DNA of 64,000 nt from the human T2T-CHM13v2.0 reference genome, Homo sapiens, in NCBI RefSeq assembly GCF_009914755.1, contig NC_060941.1; one strand, 5' to 3'. The translations under genes and the position numbers were made by a program. How positions within the stretch are numbered: position 1 is the first letter of the stretch; the number at the start of each line of letters is the position of its first letter. Positions 14,217 through 30,332 of the stretch are shown piece after piece. The notes under the pieces were generated by a model. It saw only the letters and a list, made by a program, of their open reading frames with translations. It was not told the origin of the DNA and ran no database searches.

Positions 14217-14621
14217 TCCCCTTGTCTGCCTAAAACTTTAGAAAGCTCATGAGCAATCTTGGGATATTTGCAATAGTTACTCAACAATCAAATTTCATGT
14301 TTTAATAATTTCTAGTATTCAAGAAAAAAAGAAAAGTGACTCTCTAGCCATCTATGGTTTATGAAACTGAATTGTGTCATTCTGACAAAGCAAAATATAT
14401 TGCTTTCATAAGGGAATGGAAACATTTGTTTTCAAAGAATATAGGTAAGACATCAATGAAATCTTGTCTCCCTGTATGAAATATATACCAATTTCCTTTT
14501 AATTCTAGAAAGCAAATATCGCATTTACATACTATACTTATTTGGCAGGACAAGCAAAGTTCCCCAGGAAAGACCAGGGGTGGCTGATAGATAGATATTT
14601 ACTGGTTCATATTTTTTTTAA

Positions 14622-14997
<376 letters not shown>

Positions 14998-16376
14998 TTA
15001 TTTTCTTTTTTAAAAATGGCAAAGTAACCTTGTTTGGGAAGTTTATTAACATTGAGAATTTGTTTCCTCTGTTTTTGTGTGTGTCTGTGTGTGTGAGAGA
15101 GAGATCCTAGCCCTGACTTTTTCCCCTGTTCCTCATTTATCATCCTGTCCAGGTCAGTTCATGGGTTCTGTCCCTGGATGGTACAGCTTCCCGTTGCTTT
15201 CTGTCTGTAGGCCTTGGGATAAAACATCAAGAGACTGAATCTATTAGTGGGTCTTTCAAAACTCTGCTTTTATTTTCAAAAGTCGATGTTCGTTTGATTC
15301 TACAGAGGTGTTGGAATTTTCTCCTTGTTTTAATCTTGGCTCTCTGTTTCTGCTTTGACATAAAAGAGATCTTAAGTGGCTATAAAACTAATGCATATTA
15401 TTAACACAAAACATTTTCAGGGACACAGGAAGTTTTGAAAATGAACTTTGGTACTGGTTATCTTAGCCAATTCCTCAGGAATCAATTTAATCATAGAAGG
15501 GATGTTTACAAGAAGATCTATAATGTACATACGTGTGTGCATGTTTTATAAGTTGTTTTCTTTGGTTAGCATTAAAAACATGACGAAAAAGAGGCCAAGT
15601 ATGGTGTGGGTGTTCCTGTTATTTTATATATACATTGGATCCTTGTAAAATACTTAGGAAAAGTGAGATTCCTAGACAGAGAAGATTCTAAATCTGCACA
15701 TTGCTGAAAAACCAGATGCGATATATTGAAAAGCATTTACTTTGGGTGTTTTATGTAAGTGAGCTAGTGCCACAGAATTGAGGAAAAAAAGCCTAAAACA
15801 CAAGAACCACCACCACCACAACAAAATCTAACTTGAGATGAACAAAAAGGAAAGAATGTTTCAAGGGTAAGATAAATTTCCTGGAGTGCAACAGTGGTGA
15901 GCTGATATGATATGACTTTTTTTAATGCAAATTACTTCCAATTCACTTGACGTATGAGGGAACAATTTGAACATGTGTCTGCTTGAGCATAGCATAAAAT
16001 TTGAGCCAACTTTCTATGTACCAATGTGAAATTTTGCCTCTGAGAAACACTAGGTAAATGCAATAAAATCTGCACCCAGGTCAATTGATCTATGTAAGAA
16101 TACACGCAGAAAATCAATCATCTCCCAGCCACCTCAGTTCACAGTGTGGTATAAGCTCACCCATCCTGGTGTTACAAATTTCCATCAGATTTCAGACAAC
16201 TTCAGGACAACTAAAAAACAGCAAACATTTCTTCCAGTGCCCACTTCCATGAGTAAACTTCAGGTTTTGAGTAAACTTCAGGTTTTTCAAGGCAAAATGT
16301 CATATTTATTACAGTATCTATGCATTTCTTAACAATGACCATGTGCAAAACTATGCTACCCTTTTCCTTGGGTTCT

Positions 16377-17102
<726 letters not shown>

Positions 17103-19544
17103 AAGGTCCTTATCTGTTTAAAAAATGTACTTCTGGTGACATTTTTGAGTGTTATGCTCCCAATTCTGTTTGGTTGAAAGTCCTGTGATTTTTGTTGTAG
17201 ATCATGCATCGTATGGTGAGTTTCAGAACCACTATGTCACGTTATAGTGGAACTAATGGCATAGCTCACTGTGAGCAGTGTGATGGCAGAAAAGAACACA
17301 TGGGTGACAAGCACACGAGGCACCAAACACTTTAATGTGCCAGGACTCTGAGCCCTGCAGGTGTTATTTTCTATGAAATAAGATCTCTTCTCTACTACAG
17401 TAGCAAGAAAATCTCAACATGCTACTTTGTCTTTATTTTCAAATGTGTCCTCTGGTCATTGTATTCCTAATGCCTCCACGGTTTTGTTTACCTAGGATGA
17501 ACCTAACCAGTTGGCAGTGCCTCGTACTCTGTGATGGATTTTCCGAAGACCAAATGTACCATTTTCTTGTCTTTTCAAAGAGAGCCACACAGGAAGGAAA
17601 ACAAGAAATTCAACTTTTAAGCTGGGCTATTCATGGCCTTTGCTAAATCCTGGCAGAATTTCACAGTTCTTCATTACAATTCATCTCACTGATTTCCTAA
17701 TGCAATGAACTGGCCTTTTCATTAAGGCCATAGGGAATGAAGCTGAGTTACCCAATCATTAAGTGTTGTTATCTGATGAGTGAAAAATGGATTACTTTTC
17801 AATGTGCATTTGGGGAGCCGTGTGTGTGTGTGTGTTGTGTTTCCACTAGATTCCATTTTGCGAAAATTGGTTCAAGTGGAAGGAGAAGGTTAATCTTTCA
17901 TGTTCTGTTCTGCTAGAACACTATATGGCTTTCTGCTCTGTGAGCAGGCAAAGAAAAATTGGTGGGCTCAGGAATCAGAAATGCAGGGCCAACAGTCCTG
18001 TTTCTCACTTTCGATAAAGGCCAACATTTTACCTGCTCAAGAACACTCTATTCCTTTAACCAACGGGAGTGTTATTTAATTAGTTCCTTAGTTTTTCAGC
18101 TAAAGCAGACACATGCGCACATCACACACACATGCATGCGCTGTGGTGTTTTTTCTTCTATCACCCCTCCCTCCACAGAGATATCAATTTGCATAAGAGG
18201 AGAAAATAAATTCATTTAAACCCCATTCTAAATTCAGTATTAGAAATGTAATGATCTCTAACACTGACCTTTTTAAAATACTTTGTGGATAAACCATTGA
18301 TTTTATTTGTTCTAAATTTACTTTAAAAGACCTGTTTTGTAAATCACTAAAACACATGTATTTTATTTACCTGTTTGGGATAATATTAAACATAATCTTT
18401 GAGGGTACTATTTTGTCTATTATAGTTTTATTCTATAACATAGATTGAACCGTTTTCATATCCAATTCATTTTCATTAAATTTTTAAATGGTAGTGGTTT
18501 AGGCTTGGGATTAGATAATACATAGCCCATTTGATATAACATTAAAGCATCTTTATTAGATGTAAATAATTTATCACCTAGGTGTTTAGTTTACAGAGTA
18601 CTAAATATTTACATATTTCATAACATGTAAATCAAATGCTAAATAAAAAATTTTAATTTGCCATCCTGTTATTTTAGCATTATATAAACACATTTGCAAA
18701 GATTTTAATGTTTTAATGTGAATTAAAGGTACATGTACCTAACCTCTTATCTTTCTACCAATCCTAGTATGCATATATCTGAAATAGTAGTGTGTGAGGT
18801 GTGTGTGTGTATGTGTGTGTTCATGTGTGTGACAGAGTGTATTATGTTTTTTGAAATGCAGAGATTAGGATAAAGGAAACCATAAATGCAAAATAAATTA
18901 ATTCTCTAGAATAATTGTATGCAGTGGTCTACACAATTTTGTTAAATTTGGCTCATTCATTTTTTTGTCTCACGTATAAATCAAAGTAAATAGTTAAAAC
19001 ATGAAGTATGTTCTTTCCTAAGTTGGATTGTGGTTTACAAGATATTGAAACAACTGAGCATTATAAATATAGCCAGTCAATTTGTTGGGGGCTAAGAAAA
19101 AAAAATGAAAGAAAAAAAGAAAATTGAAGTTGTATTTTATCTCCATGCAGCACTATACAAATTCAAAACCAAATTCAGGATTTCTGAGCTTGTAAAATCT
19201 GAACAGTAACTCTCTTCATTTTAGCCTACCTAGATCTATATTTTAATCAATGTAATATTAGCAACCTGTATAGATGACAATGAGATGAAGATGTACAAAA
19301 ATGTACCCAACTGTTCCATTTTGAAGAGTAATAATTAATGAGAACACTTATATTTGGGCAATAGCAAATGAAATTATAAGACTATGTAAGCGTGACTATG
19401 TTTTTTTGGTGTCAAATAGACTATGTCTACATGAATCCAATTCAACCACCTATGCTAAATATTCAAATGGCCATATTAATCTTTTTAAAAAAGAAACAAT
19501 GTATCAGTCTTTTTGCCTTTGTATAAATATAACATCCTACATAG

Positions 19545-19860
19545 ATTCATTCATTCCTTAAATATATATTTATTGATCACATGTTATGGGCTGAGACCTG
19601 TGCCAAACTTTGAGTATTCGGTGTGGAAGAAAAATAAGACAAAATCTATGTCCTTATTTATGTAGTTTCGTTTCGTTGTAATATGCAGAAAAGAAAGAAA
19701 ACAACTGTACATCTAGAAGAGATAATAGAGGGCATCCAACCATTTTATTTTGCACACTAGAAAACTAAGATCCAAAGAAATAGTGTCTTGACAAGGGTCA
19801 CACATCTGGTTAGTTCTGTTCGCAGTAGAATCCCATTTTCTGATTTTTCTCTAGTGATGT
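19545..19860 (-). mobile_element. L2 3' end followed by a MIR fragment
   Basis: attcattcattc...tttattgatcac; attttgcacactagaaaactaag...ggtcacacatctggttag. Confidence 0.55.
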
Positions 19861-22607
19861 TGCCCCTATACTTGGCTGCTTCTACCTAATTGATGCCATT
19901 GAAGAATTTCCTTCTCAAGAAGTGAAAAATCTTCAGAATAAGTACCCCTGCATACTCAGATAAAGAAAACTCAGAACTCTCTGTGACTCCCTGTTTCTCC
20001 TCTTTTGCTTACTTTTGTCAGCTATTAAATAACATAAGGGCGTTTTATTCCATTTCCTTCTGCTTAGCTCTCCCTCTACCAGCTATTTCCAGCACTCATT
20101 AACTTACTCCTTCTAACTTACTCCTTACTTCTCCACCCCTCCCCTCTCACCTACTGTCTTCCAGGCAAATATGTGCCATATATGGGCCAGATACACATTT
20201 CAGAAAAAGTCTACTTCAGTTTTAGAGAGATGTCATTAGTATATGTAACTTACCATGTTACAATAGACATCATCTTAGATACATTGTTTAATTTGAAATG
20301 ACATCAAGTTACATAAATACCTTTTGGTCACTTTTTGTGCAAGCCATTAGCTCCAGAAAGCTAATTTCTTCATTTAAAAAAATCCTCATTAAAATTTTGA
20401 ATACATTGTTTTTTTGAAAATGCTGAACTGAATTGCTCCTTGGAGAAACAAATTTGAGTTAATTATTTTTTCTTTATCTTCTGCACCTTATATGCATTTT
20501 GGAGGGCTTGGAGTAGATAGTAAAATACAGAGTCCTTAAATTAAACAGAAGACAAAAAGGAAGGAATGAGAGGGAGAAAAAAAAAGGGAGGGAGAGAGAA
20601 GGGAAAGGAATAGAGAAAGGCAGCCAGGCAGGCCAAAAGAGACTTTTTGTAGGAGTCAAAGTTGTAGCTCTTGTTACAACATGAGACATTCTGATTTGTG
20701 GTTTGATGGACTAGCTGTGTGAACTTTATCTTTACAAAAGGAAAAAAGCCCGTTTGCATAAGCAAAGGCATCACATTTCAATTATATGCCCTTTGGAGAT
20801 TCAAAAGTTCTCAATTTCTCCCTCCTCCAAATACAAACATAAACTCAGTCAGGTTTCTCATCAGCGCAGAAGTTAAAGAACACGTGACTCTGGTAGACAA
20901 AACAAGAAGATATACAGACTCATTGGAAATGTCTAGATTTTGAAAAATACCTGATGTGGGGAAAAATTAAAAGAGACAGGAATGGAAAATTCCTCTGCTG
21001 GCTTCCTGTTCTCCTTCCTGCTAAGGTGGGATTAGTTACCAGCTGTCAAAAGAAATATCACTTTTAATTCTTATTTTAGGGGGAAGGAAAGCATCAGAAA
21101 AAGCTATCTTGGAAGGGAGTGAGGCAATAAGGACATTCATTTTTGCAATTCATTCCTGAGGTTTGAAAGAGCACAAGTTGGGAAGAAAAGGATTATGTTT
21201 CCTATGAAAAGTGAAGAACTGAGGACATGATAAAGGCAGATTAATCTCCTTCAAATATCTCCCAATAACATAATCAATGTGGTAATGAAGCCAGTTAGGA
21301 GTTTGGGGCTTGAAGTATCCAAGTAATTATTTGAAATCTCTCCTTGGATAGAAAAAGAATTAATAAGAGCAAACTAGTCTTTAAAATGAGGGCATGTTTT
21401 GAAATGAAATCAATTATCTTTGATGCAATTACTCTTCCCCTGGAAAGCATTTTTTTTTTTGAGAAGGATAACTTTTCAATTTACAAGCACTTCTTGCAGA
21501 AGAATAGAATTTACCTAATGCTTGAGGATGCCCTTCAAATGTTGGGTCACATCTGGTGGATACATGATAGTTTATAAAGCTCTCTCAAGGTATGGTTTCA
21601 AGTAATCCCCATAACATAGCGTAGATCATATCAGTCAACGCGGCTGTGATTGGAGTACTAAAAAGCCAGTACACATGCTCTAAAAGATCTGCTTCACTCA
21701 AATCTCCTGCATGTTGGGAATTCCATGGTTAGAAATGCATTCCTTTGCATTCAGACAAGAGCTCCTTGACTAAGGTTAAAAAGCAAGATTCAAAATTGTA
21801 AATCTGACCGAATCTCAACTTTATCTTAAGACAGTAGAGAAAATGACTGGAAATAATTTGACCAAAGAAAATTGAGACTTGTGATTATTTTTTATTGCCC
21901 TCTTTGCACTCTTATTCATAGTATCTACAATAAACCTATATAACTTTAACATCCAGGAAAGATTTTTTTAAGGTGTTCTTTCCATTTTCCCCACTCTGGG
22001 AGAGATAATGTAGTTTTTCATCTATTAGCATGATTCAATGTATCAGATTCGTTCAAATGAGACAGCCAATTTCATCCATTTTATTTAAATAATTGTTGAA
22101 GTGCAGTGCATCATCTTAGGAAAATGCTGAGTGGGAATTTTCATTTCAATCTTAAGAAAATTGCTCCTTGAGGAAGAAAATTCAAGTTGGCTCTTTTCCC
22201 CCCTTTTCCTTCTGCCTCTGATTCCATATAGTCTGGAGGGTTTCAAACACAATAAAACACACTGAGCTCTTCAAGTGATTGAGACACTTCAGAGGAACAT
22301 TTTGAGAACTGGGATTATGAAGCGAGAGGACAACTCAGGCACAACCTAGTAATGCTGCAGTATCTGGGCAGCAAGAGGGTCTTGCGACTCAGGAGAGATG
22401 GACGATGGACAGTGATAGGGAAGCTCATTAAGAAAGTAAACTGAAGAAAAAGGTAAAGAAACCTTTAAAAGACAAACAGTTTTATTTTCCTAATATGCTT
22501 GTTTGCTTAATTCAGAAAAGCATTCATCCCTCAGTATTAGTATTAGTATCAGTACTGAATTCTAGCTTTCTGTTAGTCACTTGGTTGGACTCAAAGATGA
22601 ATGAGGG

Positions 22608-22756
22608 AGTCAAGCACAATGACACATGCCTATAGTCCCAGCTACTTCGGAGGCTGAGGCGGGAGGATTGCCTGAGTCCAGGAGTTTGAGACCAGCCTGG
22701 ACAACATAGGAAAACCCCATCTGAAAACACACAAAAATTAAAAATTAAAAAAAAAA
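22608..22756 (+). mobile_element. FLAM_A-type Alu monomer
   Basis: gcctatagtcccagctac...ggaggattgcctgagtccaggagtttgagaccagcc followed by an A tail; monomeric. Confidence 0.85.
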
Positions 22757-23084
22757 GATGAGTAAGATTCAGTAAGTTCCTAACCACAAATATTTAGAAT
22801 TTAGTAGAGGAAATAAGACATGCAACTAAAAGCTAAAATATATAGATTGAAAAACATCGTGCCTTTAAAGAGTATTATTCTTTTATTATTATTAATTTTG
22901 AAATAAACTATTTATTGATATTTATAGTAGGCAAGGAAAGACTTAGTAAAAGGAATATTGAAGGAAAGATAGGATTTTAAGTCATAGAAATGCAGTTGAC
23001 TTGGACTTAACCGTGAGAGGAAAATCATTAATCAGAAAAGAGGAACATTACTTTTGGAGAAGAGTAAATTTTACGGCTTAGCTA

Positions 23085-23410
23085 GTTTTGTTTTTGTTTT
23101 TTTTTTCTGTAAAGGGCCAGATACAAAATATTTTAGGCTTTAAGGACCACAGTCTCTGTTGAGGTCTTGAAGGTCACTGAATTCTGTTGTGTAATATGAT
23201 GCCTTCATTGACAGTAAGTAAAAAAATAGGGATAGGCATATTTACCAATAAACATGATTTACAGACATAGAAATGTGAATTTCACATCATTTTCATGTCA
23301 CAAATATTAGTTTTCTTTTACTTTTCCCCCGCTATTTATCATTGTAAAAACCATTCTTAGCTGGGAGTCCTTACAAAAACTGGAAGCAAGCCACAGTCTT
23401 CCAGTGACGG
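23085..23410 (+). mobile_element. MER58B (hAT-Charlie)
   Basis: ttttctgtaaagggccagata...aatattttaggcttt...ttttcatgtcac...aaccattcttagct. Confidence 0.8.
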
Positions 23411-24379
23411 AGCTAGAGTGTTCTCTCTAACAAGTAACCCCTTTGTACAATGTAACTTCCTCTTAGGCCAATACTAAAATCACAGAACAGCAATACATTA
23501 CAGATTTTTGAAAGAGACAATTATTTATCACTTACATTCAAGTAACAAATTCTTGTAATTTGACAAATCTTGAACATGCCTCCTCAACTTGCCTCAGTTT
23601 GTCTTTCTGTTTGGGGGAGGATTAAAGTTCACAAAAGTTGAACTTCAATGAAGTTAATTATCAGTTAAGGTAGACTGAGGAGGCAGAGACATGTAACAGA
23701 AAAGCCAATCCAGATATCATTTTTATTTATTTGGCTTTAGAAAGTGTTTTTCTACTTACATGTGAGTATGGGTGTGTCTGATATTCTGGGAATTTACTTC
23801 AAACAAAGGAATGAAGCCACGCAATGGCGATCTGACTCAGCTGGAGTTGGGAATCCATCTAGTTTCCCCATCTTGCCTCCCGTCTTGCTCTTCTCCATGG
23901 TCTGTTTTTACGCTGTGTTTAGATGCCTCGTCTTCTCAGATCAATCTAAATGCTCACCCACATAAAATCACCTTTCCTGAAATTGTATTTGCAGAGCAGA
24001 TGGAGTCCTGTCCATTTTTGCGTGTGTGTTTTTTTTAAGTCTTTTGAGATAGAACTCTAACAAAGTGTGCTCTGCTTTCAAACAAGGCAGTAATTGAGCA
24101 GCATTAAGTGATAATATTGAACAACATCATGGATAAACCACAATGAGAGTTGCTGCAATTGTTATGGAAATGTAGGCATTTGTTTAGTCTTCAATTTTTT
24201 TTTTTAACAGAAAAGGCAACCTCTGCATTCACTGCTTACCTGAGATTTATGGATGAATGAAAAGATAGGTCCCTTGGAGAGTTCAAACTCTTCTGCAGAT
24301 ATTGTGTAACAGATTGCAAAATAGGTCTTCCTATCAGAATATGTATACCTTAGTGACAGCTATGAGTTTGGAACACGAA

Positions 24380-24540
24380 TTATCTATCTGTGGTAGGTGT
24401 TGTCGTTGTTGCTATTATCATCCCCATTTGACAGTTGAGAAAATGGAGTTGCAGAAAGGTTAAGCAGTTTCTCAGTGTCACACAGCTAGTAAGTGGCGGT
24501 GCCAACATAGAAGTCCACTTCCTCAAGTGTTCATGCTTTT
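24380..24540 (-). mobile_element. MIR
   Basis: atccccatttgacagttgagaaaatggag...ggttaag...gtcacacagctagtaagtggc. Confidence 0.78.
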
Positions 24541-27279
24541 AAAAATGGAAACAAAACTCTAACAACCGTCAAACAGCAACGATTGTCAGAACCTAGAAAA
24601 GGCCTCTTAAATTTGCAGTGTTAACCAAGCCTGATGTGGTTCCCTAGATCCCCTGGCTGCCACCGCTCTGTGAAGCAAAGGAAAAACTAATTCCTTGCTA
24701 GCGTAACACTTCTATTGAGCATTCCTGGACACAACTCCCCCAGGTTCTGAAGAGCCTAGGGTTGCTATTTGTTTAGTTCCCCATGGCTGCTTTTCACATT
24801 TTCTGGATCTTTCTCTTGATTCTAGCATTATAAGTCTACCTCTTCCCTGATCACTCACTTTTCTACCTCCTGGAGAGCACTGACCACGGGATCACCTCAC
24901 CATTTTATTTAACCCATTAGGACTCAATGCCAGGCAAAACCTATACCACAGCCTGCATTGTATTCACCATCTCAGGCTGGAGCTCTGATTCCTGGGGTTG
25001 AGGAAAGGAAGACTTTCCAACCCCAATTTCTGCCATCCATGTTGATTAGTCAGAGGGCTAATCAACTGTGAACTCATGTTCTTTGGAACTAGGCAGCACA
25101 GGAAAAATAATCATTAAAGGTTTGGTAAATAAAATACTGAATGGATGCTTAGCTACCTGTCATTATCCTGTCTCGCTTTTCGTCAGCATGCAATCCCAAT
25201 CCTCAGCTGCTAAGATGTAGACAAAGAGTTCTGATGAAAGGGATTTATTTGTACTATTCCAACAGAGTCTGAAAACTAGCATGAGCATTTCCATAGGTCG
25301 TCTCTCAACAATCCTGTCTGTAAATATTTGAGTCACTTACAGGCATTGTTGAGCACAGTTCTGGCCCAGCAAATCTTCCTCCTTTGTATCCCTGATCAAG
25401 TAAAAACTTAGTCAGGATATACTTGGGTGACCTTCACACTGTACCTCCTCCAGAGGTACAGAGGTGGTGACGTAATCACTGCCACAGCTGACTGGCTATG
25501 GCTTGCTTGATAAGACGCCAGGGGCTACCTATGTAGATTCCCAGGGAGGAACTGTAGGAACAAACCGGTGTCAATGGTTAACCCAGGTTCTTGGTGTCTG
25601 GAGCTTTTCTTTCCTTTATTATTAACTAAAGAGCATTCTCTACCATTGCCCAGCTGAAAGCACCTAGCTCATAGATTCTCTGTGGGGAGAGTGAATAAAG
25701 GTAAGTGCTATTATTGCTATGGATACAATGTCATTCAGCCTATGTTTTGCTCTTGCTGGCATCTGTGTTTGGGGAGCAGCAACACTCTGTTTCCAGCAAA
25801 CGTAAATATTAATGATCAATTAAATGCAATTAAGATAATTTAATTTTTTATCCAAGTGCTTTAAGTAGGAATCAAACAGTGTGTCATATTCCTTAAGTTA
25901 TTTTGAAGCTTTGGTTAAAAGTAGTCTCACATTGGTGTTTACAGAGTCTGTTAAACAGCCCTTGCCTGCTATTATATTTGTAAATGTCTAAAAGTGGCTT
26001 TATTATATTCATACCACATGGAGTATTCTGCAATGTCTTTCAAAACCAGATTTTTGCATCCTGTATGCACTTATGAACATATAATTGCAAATATTAAAAA
26101 ATATGTATTTTATACCCCCCTCTTAAAAAGCTCAGAGAAAATACACGTTAACTTTTTTTATAGTTGTCTATAATCATTGAAAGGAAATAAGAGATCTATT
26201 TTTTCTAGATTTATTTTAACATAAATTGAAAGTGAAGAATTTTCTCCTTTTGTTTTCACCTTAATCCCTCTAAAGCTTTTTTTTTTCTTATCATTTAAAA
26301 ATCTTAAAATTTTGTTTTGAGTATTTAGTCAGAAAAGTGTGAGCTTGTGAAACTTTGCTCTCTGGATGCCACGAATTCTCTGACATATATAATTGAACAG
26401 TTTTCCTTGTTGGTATATTTAGGTAGTAAACAATAACATTTCTATAAGCCACATGAATTTTGATCATGTGTATTACATGGACTGAATGGTCTTTAGAAAA
26501 AGAGTATTGGAGTATTTCTGCTAAATATTACTCTTATGGCTAGTAAGAGCCAGATCCTGAAGAAGAAAAAAATGTATGAATGCACCTTTGTTACTTTAGT
26601 ATGGGAAATGTAGACTAGCCACTCTTTATGTCAGATTTTAACCAATAAAGGAACATGAAGTACCCAAACCACAGCTGTTTTGCAGAATACATTTAAGGAA
26701 TTCCTGAAATTCAGCCAAAAAGAATTTAAAAGTGAACAAGGTCCAGAGTTCAATTCAAAAGAGAGAGAAAGAGAAAGAGAGCCTGAGTAACTTAGAGATG
26801 TAATCCTGCTTGTTTATTTTTAGAACACGATAATTGTGATAAATCTAAGATTATTAGTCTCATATACAACAAGACTGACAACCTTTGAAACTGCAAGAAA
26901 AGACTGCTTTGGGAGAGGAATTCAATATTCTATTTTAATGCATTTTTCTCAACAAGAATTTCAGCATGAGAGAGAACAAGAGTCTTCAAGGATATTGAAA
27001 AATACATGTTTCTTCTATTATATAGATTAGTGGTGAGTAGAAGCTAAGACCTGGATATAAATTAATTGAAAATTAGAAATGGAAAAAAAGTATAGTTTGA
27101 GGCAAAATATATAAAGGGCATTGAAAGTAAATATTTGGCACCGAAATAATACAGGTATTTTCTTTGTTAAATTAGTAAAACCTACCACTTGTCCTCATAC
27201 AAGAACTTGAGTTCCAGCATAAGAAGATCATTGGGAGCCATCTTCAAAGCTACCTCCCACCATTTTCCATTTATAAATG

Positions 27280-27600
27280 GAACTGTCAAAGAAGTCTTCA
27301 CTAAGGGGTTGATATTTAGCCAAAGACCTGGAGGTGGCAAGGAAGTGAGCAATGTAGAATCCTTGGAGAAGAGCAGTTCAGGCAGATGGAACAGCCCTAA
27401 GGCTGAGGTGTGCCTGGCGAGTTAACAAAACAGCAAAGAGGCCAGTGTGGCTGAAGCAAAATTGCAGGAGTGGGAGTAGCAGGGAATACATGAGGTCCTG
27501 TAGATGTGCCATAATATTTACCAAGACAGATACGATTCTGCAAGCTACAAGTGTCAGAGAAGGTTTTTGAGATGTTAGAAAAGACCATGGGAAGTGTAGA
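27280..27600 (-). mobile_element. L2a fragment
   Basis: aagaggccagtgtggctgaagc and ttcaggcagatggaacagc, hallmark L2 phrases. Confidence 0.75.
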
Positions 27601-28934
27601 TTTAGATAAGTGGAGAGACAGTGAGGAGTATTGCGGATGACAGGCTGATGATACAAGTGAACAAAATATAGATGTGAGAATGAGCAGAATTAGCATAAGC
27701 ATGAGAGCAAATGAAGTTAGGCTCCTCCAGTGTACCCAATGGAGTAAATAAAAAGGTTTCTGAACATCAAGGCTGTGCTGAGGCTAACAATATGCTCACC
27801 AACATGAAACGTGTAAGGGAAACACAAATCTCAACACAGAAGCCAGGCCCTCTGTAGCTCAAACCAGATGTTGTCAAGAGACAGGAAACTAAGAAATCTA
27901 AGTAAAAGTAGATTTCATGGACAGTAAACAGAATTAGAAGTCTTTCTCCAAATGCCTCTTTCCTGGTTAGGCTGTGTTTTTTTTTTGTTTGTTTGTTTTT
28001 TCTTGCATTTTAGTGAGTCCATCCATCAGCTTTGGCATCTCCAAATGGCCCCTTTGCTGGAAACCATGGTAATAAGGGCTCATCTTCTCAGATGTCTATG
28101 GGAAATGAAAGTAAACTCAAATAGCTGGTTCTTGGTTAAATTTTTCAGGCCCAAGGGCCCAGATTCAGAAAAAAAAAAAAGATAGTTTATCTGAAATGCA
28201 TTGCATGAAGAATGCTTTCCTATACAAAGACAGTTACATTTTGCTTTCTTAGCTGGTTAGCCTCTGCAGACTGGGAGGAGAACTATTTTTATCATCATGC
28301 TTTAGGGCCTATGGACCCTAGGCTTTGTAGTTATTTCACTCTGTTAAACACAAGGGGTGGATGACTTTATTTTTTTGTATAGCTGCTTTTAAATGAAAAA
28401 GATAGGATCAGATTTTTTTCCTCACCTTGCTCCAGAAAGTTCTACTCTGAAATCAAGGATCTGGATGCAAAACATAAGATTCTAATAGAGGCTTCTCACT
28501 ATTAAATGCAACTTTTCCCAGTTGCCATGGCTCCACATTCTCCCCCTCCTAAAACTAGATCTGAAACTGCTGACAGGTGTATAAGAAAATTTTAAAAAGT
28601 CAATCATCTGGGGAAGAAACAGTCCCAAATTAGATTTATCCAACAACTCCGCATAAAAAAAGGTGATTTTTACCTTAACATGTTCCAAAAAGGTCACCTC
28701 CATTCCTAATTTTATTTTCCTTATATGAAAATAGCTTTAGAGACTCCAAATGGTTACATGGCTTCAGATTGTATTTTGTAAGATTTGCTCTCCTTTTAAC
28801 TGAGAAACAAATATTCAGTTATCTTTTTTATTTTAAGAAAAATGTGTGTTCTAGCAAACATGACCAAAAACACTCTTGTTTTGGTAAATTTTAATTTTTT
28901 GTTGTATCCCATTTTAAATCAGAGGCATGTTCTC

Positions 28935-29080
28935 ATGCAATCAATAAACATTTATTAAGTACCACTGTACCGGACAGTCTGGGGACAAAGATAACAAAGA
29001 TCTGGTCCCTGCCCCCAGCCTGGCAGAAAAAGGCATGTCTGTAAATAATTAAGAGCCATGCAATGGTCCAGCACCATCAT
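28935..29080 (-). mobile_element. L2 3' end
   Basis: caataaacatttattaagtaccactgt...tggtccctgccc. Confidence 0.6.
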
Positions 29081-29323
29081 AACATAACGTACAATTAGCA
29101 CACCCACCAATCACACTTTTTTCCAGGAAGGCAAGAGGGATGATAGCCAAGTTTGAGGCAGGTTAATATTGTCCTACGTGTGCTTGTGGAATTCAGAACT
29201 TTTAGACACTGAAATATCATTTTCACTATGAACTCTATTACAAGATTTTCCACTGTCAGAAACTCACTCTTAAGAGAACTCAGACAGTTCTCTTAAAATG
29301 GTCTTTTTTTCTACTACCGTTTG

Positions 29324-29794
29324 GTTATTAGTCAAGGATCTCTAGAGAAGCAGAAGAAACAGGATACAGGAGAGCGAGAGGGAGAAAAACACAGAGAGAT
29401 CTTAAGGAATTGGCTCAAGCGATTATGGTGGCTGGCAAGTATGAAATCTGTAGGGCGGGCTGGTAGAAATTCTAGTAAGAGCTGACATTGCAGTATTGAG
29501 TTCAAATCTGCAGAGTATGCCAGAATAGGAAACTTGGACGGCATTTGTATGTTACATTTTTGAAGCAGAACTCCTTTCCCAGGAAATCTTGGCTTTTGCT
29601 CTTAAGGGTTGCAACTGATTAGATAAGGCCCACCTACATTATGGAGGATAATAATCTGCTTTTCTCAAAGTCTACAGATGAGAAATGTTCCTCACATCTA
29701 ATATGTATCTTCCTAGCAATATCCAGACAGGTGTTTGATCAAACAACTGGGTACCATAGCCTAGCCAAGTTGACATATAAAATTAAACATCACA
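29324..29794 (-). mobile_element. MLT2 (MLT2D-like, ERVL) solo LTR
   Basis: ttagtcaagg..tctagagaagcaga...taaggaattggctca...gcctagccaagttgacatataaaattaaacatcaca. Confidence 0.85.
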
Positions 29795-29942
29795 ATAACA
29801 GAATCCAACTTCATCCTGATTGTCTTTTGCCATCCAGTTATTAGACATTATATGTTTCAAGCTTCCATTTCTCTAAAAGAAATTAAGAATCATACTTTAG
29901 TAATCATATAAATATTAAATTTCATAAAATGGATCTGCCTAA

Positions 29943-30332
<390 letters not shown>

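Noticed and set aside
13303-14287. Long F/L/S-rich and Y/I-rich ORFs resembling membrane proteins
   Set aside because: They stay open only because they cross (TTTC)n and (TA)n repeats
16250-16286. 18-bp tandem duplication gagtaaacttcaggtttt x2
   Set aside because: Ordinary slippage duplication with no further support
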